DNA from: Nannocystis bainbridge
GTDB taxonomy: Bacteria; Myxococcota_A; Polyangia; Nannocystales; Nannocystaceae
NCBI RefSeq assembly: GCF_028368995.1
Contig: NZ_JAQNDL010000001.1
Span: 4,288,001-4,352,000 of the forward strand
Direction of reading: 5' to 3'
DNA length: 64,000 bases
Shown: positions 29,395-38,317 of the stretch, piece by piece
Position numbering within the stretch: position 1 is the stretch's first letter
Layout: the number at the start of each line of letters is the position of its first letter
Made by a program: the position numbers and the translations under genes
Notes under the pieces: model-generated
The model's database searches: none
What the model saw: the letters and a program-made list of their open reading frames with translations, nothing else
What the model was told of the DNA's origin: nothing

Positions 29395-30077
29395 TGGCGG
29401 CGCGCTTCTTCAAGGGGCTGCTGACGCGGATCGGCGCGCGCCTGTCCTCGCGGACAGTTCACAAATTCAACGCGGCGCTCAACTACGTCGAGGTCGGGCG
29501 GTGGATGGCGGCCCGCGGGTTCGACACGTCGCGCCGCGCGGCCCACCGCTTCGAGATCTACGAGCAGATCGCGCGCGAGCTCGGCGAGGCGCGGGTGCTC
29601 TACCTCGAGTTCGGCGTGCACCGCGGCGAGTCGATCGCGCGCTGGTCCGAGCTGCTCCAGGGTCCAGGTTGCCGGCTGGTCGGCTTCGACAGCTTCGAGG
29701 GCCTGCCCGAGGACTGGACCGCGATCGACCGCAAGGGCACGTTCTCGACCGGGGGCGCGGCGCCGGCGTTGAGCGACCCGCGGGTGTCGTTCGTCAAGGG
29801 CTGGTTCGACGCGACGCTGCCGGCCTTCGAAGTGCCGCCGCACGAGCGGCTGGTGCTGCACTTCGACGCCGACCTCTACAGCTCGACGCGCACGGCCCTG
29901 CAGGCGTTCGAGCCGCACATGTCCGTCGGGACATATTTGATCTTCGACGAGTTCGCCGACCGCAACCACGAGCTGCGCGCGTTCGAGGAGTTCTGGGCGA
30001 CGCACCCGGAGTGGGGCTTCCGCCTGGTCGGCTGCGACTCGATCCTCGCGCGCGTGGCCTTCGAGAGGGTGCGGTAG
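29394..30077 (+). CDS. TylF/MycF-like O-methyltransferase
   Basis: YLEFGVHRG, GFDSFEGLPEDW, VKGWFDATLP, HFDADLYSST, IFDEF. Confidence 0.85.
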   Translation: MAARFFKGLLTRIGARLSSRTVHKFNAALNYVEVGRWMAARGFDTSRRAAHRFEIYEQIARELGEARVLYLEFGVHRGESIARWSELLQGPGCRLVGFDSFEGLPEDWTAIDRKGTFSTGGAAPALSDPRVSFVKGWFDATLPAFEVPPHERLVLHFDADLYSSTRTALQAFEPHMSVGTYLIFDEFADRNHELRAFEEFWATHPEWGFRLVGCDSILARVAFERVR

Positions 30078-30102
30078 TGGGCGAGCGAGCGAGCGGCGCG
30101 CG

Positions 30103-31317
30103 GTGAGCGAGCGGCGACAGCCGGCTCCGCGCGGGCACAGGTCGGCGTTCGCGTGGATGGCCGGGCTGTCGGTCGTGACGCTGCTGCTCGGGGCCACGCG
30201 CGAGTTCCTGATCGCCCGCGAGCTGCGGGCCAGCGGCGCGGCCGACCTGTTCTTCCGCGGCCTGGTCGCGATCTCGGCGGCCCGCATGGTCGGCCTGTCG
30301 CTGTATCGGTCGCGGTGGTTCCCCGCGCCGCGCGAGCTGCTCGGGACCGCGCTCCTGCGACAGGAGCGATGGGTCAGCCTGGCGATGGCCGCGGCCGGCG
30401 TGGCCGCGCTGCTGGCGATCGTCGGGCCGCACGCGTGGGCCGACCCCACCGTGTGGGTGTTCGCGGTCGGCGTGGGCCTCGCGGTCCACGGCTCGGCGCT
30501 GCGCGCCCTGGCCGAGCGGGCCGGACGGGAGCGCCGCGGGTTCGCGCTCGAGTGGGGCATCCCGCTCGGGACCATCGCCGGGGCGACGCTGCTGCCGGGC
30601 GGGGCGCTGGGACCTTCGCTCGGGCTGGTCGCGGGGCTGGCGGTCGGCGTCGCGGGGGTGTGGCCTGCTGCGCGCTGTCCCGGAGGACATGACACAAAGG
30701 ACATGCCCCATGAGACACCCGGGCGGACGCGGGCGCTGCTGATCGACGCCCTGGTGTACGCCAACCTCGGGCTGCTCGACGCGGCGCTGTCGCACCTGTT
30801 CGTGGTCGGCGGGTTCGCGCGGCTGAACTACGCCTACCTGTTCGTCAACGCCGCGATCATGGTGCCGTCGGCCGCGGCGACGGTGGTGGCGTTGCGGGCC
30901 TCGGCCGGCGACCCGGCACGCGCCCACGCGGCGCTGCGGCGCTGGGCGGTGCTCGGCGGGTTCACCGGCGCAGGGGCGGTCGCGGCGGTGGGGCTGCTGT
31001 TCACGTGGCAGCCGGCGGCGACGGTGGTCGATCGGGCGATCGGCTGGGACGTGGCGGCACAGACGGGCTTGCTGATCCTGTGGAGCGCGCCGTTCGCCGG
31101 GCTGCGCCTCGCCAACACGATCGGCAGGCAGTCACAGGTCGCCGCCGACCCGCGCGGGCTGCTGGCGTGGGACCTCGGCGGGATCGCCGGTCGCGCGCTC
31201 ATCCTCGGGTTCGGCGCGAGCCTCGTGGGGCTGGTCGCGTCGCCGATCGGGCTGGCCTTCGCCGAAGCGGTGCAGCTCGGCGCGTGGTGGCACGGGCCGC
31301 GACGCAAGGGCGAGTGA
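30103..31317 (+). CDS. MurJ/Wzx-like flippase (MOP superfamily)
   Basis: About 12 TM helices; N-terminal LLGATRE...ADLF resembles MurJ; located in a glycan cluster. Confidence 0.6.
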   Translation: MSERRQPAPRGHRSAFAWMAGLSVVTLLLGATREFLIARELRASGAADLFFRGLVAISAARMVGLSLYRSRWFPAPRELLGTALLRQERWVSLAMAAAGVAALLAIVGPHAWADPTVWVFAVGVGLAVHGSALRALAERAGRERRGFALEWGIPLGTIAGATLLPGGALGPSLGLVAGLAVGVAGVWPAARCPGGHDTKDMPHETPGRTRALLIDALVYANLGLLDAALSHLFVVGGFARLNYAYLFVNAAIMVPSAAATVVALRASAGDPARAHAALRRWAVLGGFTGAGAVAAVGLLFTWQPAATVVDRAIGWDVAAQTGLLILWSAPFAGLRLANTIGRQSQVAADPRGLLAWDLGGIAGRALILGFGASLVGLVASPIGLAFAEAVQLGAWWHGPRRKGE

Positions 31318-31411
31318 CTCTCACGGCGACGTACGTCGCGCGGCTGACGGTGCGTGGCGCCGCAGCGTCTGCCAGCGCGACGCCCGGGCCCACCACGAAG
31401 CGCCGAGGTTT

Positions 31412-32263
31412 CTAGCGGGCCACCGCGTAGACCTCGAAGCCGGTGCCGAGGCCGGCGCGGTCGACCAGGCGGGCGACCGGTTCGGCGGCGAGAGCGAGGC
31501 CCGCCGACACCGCGCGGGCGGGCAGCGAGCTGCCGAGGGCGAAGCGCTGGAAGCCGCGGCTGAGGGCCGCGCGGTCGAGGCCGGAGAAGCTGGTCCAGCG
31601 GACCGGGTCGAAATCGGCGGCGCCGAGCAGGGTCTGCAGGCCGCGGCGGCTGAACAGCGACAGGTGGTCGGGCGGGATCACCATCGGGAAGCGGGGCCCG
31701 AGCGCGCGCGCCGGCAGGCCCGAGCTCGACGGGGTCGAGAGCGCCAAAAAGCCGCCAGGACGCAGCCACTTGCGGGCCTGCAGCAAGATGTCCTTGGGGA
31801 CAGCCACGTGCTCGACGACCTCCCACAGCGCCACCGCGTCGAAGCGCGGCGCCGGCGGGCCGAAGTCGGAGAACCACAGCTCGTGCACGACGTGACCGCG
31901 GCGGCGCGGGCCCTCGGCCGTGCGAGCGCGGTCGACGCCCTCGACCTGCATGCCGAGGTCGCGGCAGGCGTCGAGGAAATGACCCGGGCCGCAGCCGACC
32001 TCGAGCACCGAGCGCACGCCGAAGCGGCGGAGGATGGCGGCGCGCGCGTCGCCCTCGGCTCGCATGCGTGACTCCTGACCCTCCGCGCTGTCGTGGTAGT
32101 CGGGCGCGAGGTAGAGGGTCTCGAGCGCCTGCGGGTCGGGCAGCGGCGTGACGAACACGGTGCCGCAGCGGCGGCAGCGGGCGTGGTCGAAGTCGCGGAC
32201 GCGGAACGCGAAGTCGGCGTGAGGGCCGTCGCAGGCCGGGCACGGGCGGACCGCCGAGTTCAC
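31412..32263 (-). CDS. Class I SAM-dependent methyltransferase with N-terminal Zn-ribbon
   Basis: CPAC...RCRRCG; VLEVGCGPG; FDAVALWEVVEHV; LRPGG. Confidence 0.85.
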   Translation of the reverse strand: MNSAVRPCPACDGPHADFAFRVRDFDHARCRRCGTVFVTPLPDPQALETLYLAPDYHDSAEGQESRMRAEGDARAAILRRFGVRSVLEVGCGPGHFLDACRDLGMQVEGVDRARTAEGPRRRGHVVHELWFSDFGPPAPRFDAVALWEVVEHVAVPKDILLQARKWLRPGGFLALSTPSSSGLPARALGPRFPMVIPPDHLSLFSRRGLQTLLGAADFDPVRWTSFSGLDRAALSRGFQRFALGSSLPARAVSAGLALAAEPVARLVDRAGLGTGFEVYAVAR

Positions 32264-32338
32264 GCCCACCTGATTAACACGGGCGGCGGAGGCTCGCCAG
32301 CCCGCCGGCGACCCCGCCGTGCTAGGGTTCGAGCCCCC

Positions 32339-34345
32339 GTGGCCTACGTCGTCCTCGCCCGCAAGTACCGCCCGCAGCGCTTCGCCGACCTCGTCGGCCA
32401 GGAGCACGTGACGCGCACGCTGGCGAACGCGATCGCCCACGACCGGGTCCACCACGCTTACCTCTTCTGCGGCGCGCGCGGCCTCGGCAAGACCACGGCC
32501 GCGCGGCTGCTCGCCAAGTGCCTGGTGTGCGTCGAGGGCCCGACGATCGACCCGTGCAACGTCTGCAGCGAGTGCGTCGCGGTCACCGAGGGCCGCTCGG
32601 TCGACGTCATCGAGATCGACGGCGCCAGCAACAACCGCGTCGAGGACGTTCGCAACATCCGCGAGCAGGTCCGCTACCTGCCGCAGACCGCCCGCCGCAA
32701 GATCTACATCATCGACGAGGTGCACATGCTGACCGGCTCGGCCTTCAACGCGCTGTTGAAGACGCTCGAGGAGCCGCCGCCGCACGTCACCTTCATCTTC
32801 GCCACCACCGAGGTCCACGAGCTGCCGGCGACGATCCTCTCGCGAGTGTCGCGCTTCGATTTCCGCCGGCTGTCGAGCGCGCAGCTCGTCGGTCACCTCA
32901 AGTCGATCCTCGCCCGCGAGGGCGTCAGCGTCGAGGAGGCCGGGCTCTACACGGTCGCCCGCGCCGGTGACGGCTCGGTGCGCGACTCGCTGACGCTGCT
33001 CGACAAGGTCATCGCCTTCGCCAGCGACACCGGGAAGGTCAGCGCCGAGGAGGTCCGGGTCGTGCTCGGGGTCCCGAGCACGCTCGCGGTCGCCGGCCTC
33101 GTCGAGGCGGTGCTGGCCCGCGACGCCACCCTCACCTTGCGGCGCTTCGACGAGATCTTCACCTCCGGGCAAGATCTCCTGGCCCTCGCCCTCGAGCTCC
33201 TCAAGCACCTCCGCGACCTCACCGTCGTCAAGCTGACCGGCAGCCGCGACGTCCTGCTCGACGCCTCCGACCAGGAGTTCGAGCACCTCGGCCGCCAGGC
33301 CGCCGACGTCGAGGCCACCGCGCTGTCGCAGCTGTTCGACCGCTTCACCCGGGTCGTCGACGCCCTGCAGCGCACGCGCGTACCGCGGCTCGTGCTCGAG
33401 ATGGGTCTGCTCGACCTGGTCCACACCGAACCGCTCATGCCGCTCGGCGATCTCCTCGATCGCCTGGAGCAGATCTCGGCCCCGGGTCCGGGTCCGGGCG
33501 GCGGCGGCGGCGGCGGGTTCGCGCCCGGAGGGCCGCCGTCTCGCGGTTCGGGTGAGGCACCCAGACCTCAGCGACAGGCCCCAGATTTTCCGCCGCGGCC
33601 CCCGCAGCGCGCGAGCGGCGGGGACTCGATCGACAGCTTCCTCGCCAACCTGAAGCCGCCCATGAGCGCGGCTGCGAGCGCGCCGCCGCAATCGGTGAGT
33701 CCTCCGCCGCAACCGGCAAGCCCTCCGCCGCAGCGGCCGCCAGACCCACCGCGGGAGTCGGTCCCGCGAGCCGCTGCGCCCCCCGCTCCGACGCCCGTAC
33801 GCCGCCCGGAGCCCTCGCCGCCACCTCCGGCACCGCCTCCGCCGCAAGCGGCAGCCGTCGCAGCCGCGGCGGCCGAGGCGTGCGCCGTGTGCCCAGGCAG
33901 CCCGCGCGAGGCCACCGGCATGGCGATCGCCTGGGCCAGCCTGCCGCCGTTCGTGGCGTGGGAGGAGTTCCTGAACCGGGTGCGCCGCGAAGAGATGGCG
34001 ATCTTCGCCCTGCTGGCCGAGTTCGGGCTCCTGGGCCTCGGCGAGGGGGTCGTCCGGCTGATCGGCAGTACCTATTATCGCGACATGCTCCAGCAACACC
34101 GGGGGCAGATCGACGAGGCGCTGCATCTGCACATGGGGATGCCGTTCCGCCTCGAGCTGGTCGAGGGCGAGCCAGTGCTGCCGGAGACGCCGAGCCTGCG
34201 CCAGATCGAGCGCCAGCGGCAGGAGGCGCTACAGGCCGAGGTGCTGCAGGAGGCGCGCACGCACCCGCAGATCCAGGCGCTCCTGGCCCAATTCGAGGGG
34301 CAGCTCAAGCAGGTCCGGCCGCTGGGAGCGCCGCAGGCCAAGTGA
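32339..34345 (+). CDS. dnaX: DNA polymerase III subunit gamma/tau
   Basis: YVVLARKYRP, GARGLGKTT, EIDGASN, IIDEVHML, LLKTLEEPP; Pro-rich linker. Confidence 0.97.
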   Translation: MAYVVLARKYRPQRFADLVGQEHVTRTLANAIAHDRVHHAYLFCGARGLGKTTAARLLAKCLVCVEGPTIDPCNVCSECVAVTEGRSVDVIEIDGASNNRVEDVRNIREQVRYLPQTARRKIYIIDEVHMLTGSAFNALLKTLEEPPPHVTFIFATTEVHELPATILSRVSRFDFRRLSSAQLVGHLKSILAREGVSVEEAGLYTVARAGDGSVRDSLTLLDKVIAFASDTGKVSAEEVRVVLGVPSTLAVAGLVEAVLARDATLTLRRFDEIFTSGQDLLALALELLKHLRDLTVVKLTGSRDVLLDASDQEFEHLGRQAADVEATALSQLFDRFTRVVDALQRTRVPRLVLEMGLLDLVHTEPLMPLGDLLDRLEQISAPGPGPGGGGGGGFAPGGPPSRGSGEAPRPQRQAPDFPPRPPQRASGGDSIDSFLANLKPPMSAAASAPPQSVSPPPQPASPPPQRPPDPPRESVPRAAAPPAPTPVRRPEPSPPPPAPPPPQAAAVAAAAAEACAVCPGSPREATGMAIAWASLPPFVAWEEFLNRVRREEMAIFALLAEFGLLGLGEGVVRLIGSTYYRDMLQQHRGQIDEALHLHMGMPFRLELVEGEPVLPETPSLRQIERQRQEALQAEVLQEARTHPQIQALLAQFEGQLKQVRPLGAPQAK

Positions 34346-34433
34346 GCGACCGGAGCCAGGCAAGGGCGCTCAGGCGGGGCCACCGAGCCTTTTGGACCTG
34401 TGCCCCGGCGCTTTCCGGAGTAGGATGAGGCTC

Positions 34434-34760
34434 ATGAGCGAGTTTGACCTCGGAGCAATGATGCGGCAGGCGCAGGTTTTGCGCCAGCAGCTCGAGAGCA
34501 TGCAGCAGAACCTCGACCACGAGGTGGTCGAGGGCAGCGCGGGCAGCGGCCTGGTCAAGGCCAAGGCCTCGGGGACGCAGCGGCTCATCAGCATCGAGCT
34601 CGCCCCGGCGGCGATGACCGAGGACCGCGAGATGGTGCAGGACCTGATCGTCGCCGCGGTCAACAACGCGCTCGACAAGGCCAAGTCGCTGCAGCAGCAA
34701 CGGGTCGGCCACTTGATCCCTCCGGGCATGATGGGCCCCGGCGGCTTCCCCGGCCTGTGA
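34434..34760 (+). CDS. ybaB: YbaB/EbfC nucleoid-associated protein
   Basis: EGSAGSGLV, EDREMVQDLIVAAVNNAL; dnaX-ybaB-recR synteny. Confidence 0.93.
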   Translation: MSEFDLGAMMRQAQVLRQQLESMQQNLDHEVVEGSAGSGLVKAKASGTQRLISIELAPAAMTEDREMVQDLIVAAVNNALDKAKSLQQQRVGHLIPPGMMGPGGFPGL

Positions 34761-35362
34761 CCGGCGACGACGCGCAAAACCCCCTGCAGCGCCTGGCGGC
34801 GCTGCTGACCCGCTTGCCAGGGATCGGCGAAAAGACCGCGATGCGCCTGGCGCTGTCGCTGGTCAAGGCCGATGGCGACTACGTGACGGCGCTGGCCGAC
34901 GCGATCGCGGGCGTGCATCGTCAGGTCGGGCTGTGCGAGGTCTGCTTCGACCTGTGCAGCGGCGGGATCTGCGAGCGCTGCCGCGACAGGCGCCGCGACA
35001 CCGGCATCATCTGCGTCGTGGCGCAGCCGCAGGACCGGATGGCCATCGAGCGCACCGGCGCGTATCACGGGCTTTACCACGTGCTCCACGGGGTACTCGA
35101 CCCGCTCGGCGGCATCGGCCCCGACGAGCTGCGGGTCAAGGAGCTGCTGCGGCGGCTGCAGGGCGACGGTGTCCGCGAGGTCATCGTCGCCACGAGCCCC
35201 AACGTCGAGGGTGACGCCACCGCGGTGTATCTGGCGAAGCTGCTGCGCCCGCTGGGGGTTCAGGTCTCGCGGATCGCCAGCGGGGTCGCCGTTGGTGGAG
35301 AGCTCGAGTACGCCGACATGAACACCTTGAATCGGGCGCTCGCGGATCGGCGCGCGCTGTAG
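34757..35362 (+). CDS. recR: Recombination mediator RecR
   Basis: LPGIGEKTA HhH motif, C4 zinc finger, YHVLHG, Toprim EVIVAT...EGDATA. Confidence 0.97.
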   Translation: MTGDDAQNPLQRLAALLTRLPGIGEKTAMRLALSLVKADGDYVTALADAIAGVHRQVGLCEVCFDLCSGGICERCRDRRRDTGIICVVAQPQDRMAIERTGAYHGLYHVLHGVLDPLGGIGPDELRVKELLRRLQGDGVREVIVATSPNVEGDATAVYLAKLLRPLGVQVSRIASGVAVGGELEYADMNTLNRALADRRAL

Positions 35363-35617
35363 GGCCCGAGGGCGCGCGGAACGACTCGTCGCGAAGTCGG
35401 GGGTCTCGATGCCCACGCGCGCCATGGCCGCGGCACGCGGTCGAAGCGCCGCGCGCTCGTGTGACCTTGAAGGTCGGGCCATGGTCACGGAGACGCTTTA
35501 CGCCATCGTCGTCGAAGGCTGCCATCCGTGATGGACTTGCCCGGATGACTTTGTTACGGTTTTGGCGCCCATGGACATAGGTCCGGGTCCCCACGTCGAG
35601 CATCAGGAGTCTCACCC

Positions 35618-36106
35618 TTGAACCCGCTGAATCCCCAGCTCGTGATGTATGAAGTGCAGCAGAAGCAGATCCAGGTGGTCGCTGAGCGTCTGCATCAGGA
35701 CTCGCGAGCGAGAACGATTCTCCTCATCGACAAGAACGGACAGCTCGTCGCCGCCGCAGGCGACAGCGCCGCCCTCGACACGACCTCGTTGAGCTCTCTG
35801 GTCGCCGGCAACGTCGCCGCCACCGGTGGCATCGCCCAACTGCTGCGCGAGGACGAGTTCACCGCCCAGTTCCACGAGGGCAAGGGCATGTCGATCCACA
35901 TGTCGCTGGTGGGTCGGCGGATCATCCTGGTCGTGCTGTTCGACAAGAACACCACGCAGGGCTTGGTGCGCCTCCGCGTCAAGAAAGCTCAGGACGAGTT
36001 GGTCCCGATCTTCGAAGAGTTGGCGAAGCTGGCGACGACGCAGCCGTCCAGCCCGTTCGGGACGGAGATCACCGACCAGGACATCGACAACCTGTTCAAC
36101 GACTAG
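35618..36106 (+). CDS. mglB: MglB roadblock/LC7 GTPase-activating protein
   Basis: LIDKNGQL, SLVAGNVAATGG, GLVRLRVKKA, ITDQDIDNLF; directly upstream of mglA (TTG start, alternative ATG 35645). Confidence 0.95.
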   Translation: MNPLNPQLVMYEVQQKQIQVVAERLHQDSRARTILLIDKNGQLVAAAGDSAALDTTSLSSLVAGNVAATGGIAQLLREDEFTAQFHEGKGMSIHMSLVGRRIILVVLFDKNTTQGLVRLRVKKAQDELVPIFEELAKLATTQPSSPFGTEITDQDIDNLFND

Positions 36107-36115
36107 CGAGAACCG

Positions 36116-36703
36116 ATGTCGTTCATCAACTACAGCTCGCGCGAGATCAACTGCAAGCTCGTCTATTACGGGCCAGGACTCTGCGGCAAGACGACGAACC
36201 TGCAGTACATCTACAACAAGACGCGTCCGGAGGCGAAGGGCAAGATGATCTCGCTCGCCACCGAGACCGAGCGGACCTTGTTCTTCGACTTCCTGCCCCT
36301 CAGCCTCGGCGAGATCCGCGGCTTCAAGACGCGCTTCCACCTGTACACCGTCCCGGGCCAGGTGTTCTACGACGCGAGCCGCAAGCTGATCCTCAAGGGC
36401 GTCGACGGCGTGTGCTTCGTCGCCGACTCGCAAGACGCCCGCTACGACGCCAACATCGAGAGCCTCGAGAACCTGCGGATCAACCTCCAGGAGCAGGGCT
36501 ACGACCTCGATAAGCTGCCGTACGTGATGCAGTACAACAAGCGCGACCTCCCGAACGCGATGACGATCGAGGAGCTGTCCTCCACGCTCAACCCGACTCG
36601 CGTCCCCGAGTTCGAGGCCATCGCACCGAACGGTCAGGGCGTGTTCGACACGCTCAAGGCGCTCGCCAAGCAAGTGCTCGCCGAGCTGCGCAAGGGCACC
36701 TGA
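36116..36703 (+). CDS. mglA: MglA small Ras-like GTPase
   Basis: [37 protein letters not shown]. Confidence 0.98.
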   Translation: MSFINYSSREINCKLVYYGPGLCGKTTNLQYIYNKTRPEAKGKMISLATETERTLFFDFLPLSLGEIRGFKTRFHLYTVPGQVFYDASRKLILKGVDGVCFVADSQDARYDANIESLENLRINLQEQGYDLDKLPYVMQYNKRDLPNAMTIEELSSTLNPTRVPEFEAIAPNGQGVFDTLKALAKQVLAELRKGT

Positions 36704-37027
36704 TCCAGCGCGAGCGCAGCTCGCTCTCTGCTGTATTTCCGGACATGTTGCAACGGACAGGTCCCTTGCGACAGCCGCTTGTGGTGATCGCCGGCGCCGG
36801 TCGCGTGGCATGTCCGCGTGGAGATTAAAGTCACGGTTCATGGAGACGCGACTGCAGGCGGTGACGCTCTCCACCGCGGGACACCGGCCGCTCGCTCGAC
36901 GCGTTCTCCGCCTTACGGGCGCGAGAGGCCGAATTAATCAGTTGGAGCGCCTCTAACGCTGTGTATTATCCCCTCGTGTGGTCGCGCAGCCTCGCGCGAG
37001 CCGCCTGACCGAAGCGGAAGCCCCATC

Positions 37028-37948
37028 ATGGCCACGGAAGAATGGATTCAGGAGTCCCTCGCGCGGCTCGAGAGCCTCGAAGAGGAGCGGAAGAAGCACG
37101 AGGACGCGCTGGAGACTGCCAGCGATCCCGCCACGCTCCGCATGCACACGCAGGCCGTCGAGCGCCTCGAGGTGAAGATCCGGGCGCTCTACGCCGAGCT
37201 CGAAGCCGTCGCCGCTCAGGATGGTGGTGACGACTCCGACGACGATGCCGATGTCGCCGACAGCGACGACGACCTCGACGCCGCGCCCGAGCCGGTGCCC
37301 GTTCGTGCCGCGCCCGCCCGTCCCGCTCCCGCGCCGGCCGCTGCGCCCACGGCTTCTCCGTTCGGCTCCGCCGCGCCCGCGGCCTCTCCGTTCGGCTCCG
37401 CCGCGCCCGCAACCTCTCCGTTCGGCTCCGCTGCGCCCGCGGCGGCATCGTTCGACTCGGCACCGGTCTCGCCGTTCGGCGAAGTGCCCGCCGCGGCCCC
37501 GTTCGCCTCGGCCCCCGCCGAAATCCCCGCGTTCTCCCCGTCGCCCGCGGCCTCGTTCGACGCCGGCGACGATGTCGAGAGCAGCGGCTCGGGCAGCAAG
37601 ATCGGCATCATCATCGGCCTCGTCCTCGTGATCGGCGGCGCCGGTGCGTACTTCGCCCTCGGCCGCAAACCCGCCGAGGAGCCGGCCCCGCAGGTCGCTC
37701 CCACCGAGATCAAGGTGATCAAGAGCGGCGAGGTCCCGCCCGACACGCAGGGCCCGCGCACCGCCAAGGGCGGCGAAATCGACGCGACCCACGGCGCCCA
37801 CATCAAGGAGACGGACCGCCGTCCCAGCGGTGGCAGCGGCGGCGGCAGCAGCAACACCGCGCCCTCGTCGACCGAGCCGAAGAAGAAGAAGGAAGACAAG
37901 GCCACGAAGATCGAGTCGACCGACGACCCGCTGGCCGGCATCCGCTGA
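37028..37948 (+). CDS. Bitopic membrane protein: coiled coil, acidic linker, ASPFG repeats, TM helix
   Basis: Heptad-rich N-terminus; 30-bp repeats at 37351-37440; TM IGIIIGLVLVIGGAGAYFAL. Confidence 0.75.
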   Translation: MATEEWIQESLARLESLEEERKKHEDALETASDPATLRMHTQAVERLEVKIRALYAELEAVAAQDGGDDSDDDADVADSDDDLDAAPEPVPVRAAPARPAPAPAAAPTASPFGSAAPAASPFGSAAPATSPFGSAAPAAASFDSAPVSPFGEVPAAAPFASAPAEIPAFSPSPAASFDAGDDVESSGSGSKIGIIIGLVLVIGGAGAYFALGRKPAEEPAPQVAPTEIKVIKSGEVPPDTQGPRTAKGGEIDATHGAHIKETDRRPSGGSGGGSSNTAPSSTEPKKKKEDKATKIESTDDPLAGIR

Positions 37949-38317
37949 GCCTCCTTCCCGTGCCTGCCTCAAGGGCCATGTCGCTTGCGACATGGCCCTT
38001 CGCACATCTGGAGAGCGATTACTGGCTGTGCCTGGGGACCGATGAACGCTTCGATCGGGTCCTCGGTCGGCGGCGATCGTGCCACCACGAGCGCGTCATA
38101 CCTCGCGCGTCGCTCGTCAGGGCTGCCTCGAACCTCGTCTCAAGATCGTCGCGTCAGAGGACGGGCATCGGATTTCGGCCCGCATGCCTCCAGCTCTCTT
38201 TGACCTGGCAGACATCGGTCCGCGAGTCCGCGTCGCGTCACCACCTGCCGTCGAGCGAAGAGCCGCGCCTCGCTCACGGCGACGCTCGCGTGCGTCACCG
38301 AAGCGACAGCGAACCGC

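Noticed and set aside
33480-33900. Programmed frameshift in dnaX giving the gamma subunit
   Set aside because: No A-AAA-AAG or poly-A slippery site seen; the region is just a Pro-rich linker.
32339-36703. dnaX-ybaB-recR-mglBA linkage as a novelty, and an SRP RNA upstream of dnaX
   Set aside because: As I recall, similar linkage occurs in other myxobacteria; no SRP domain IV motif is recognisable in the short upstream gap.
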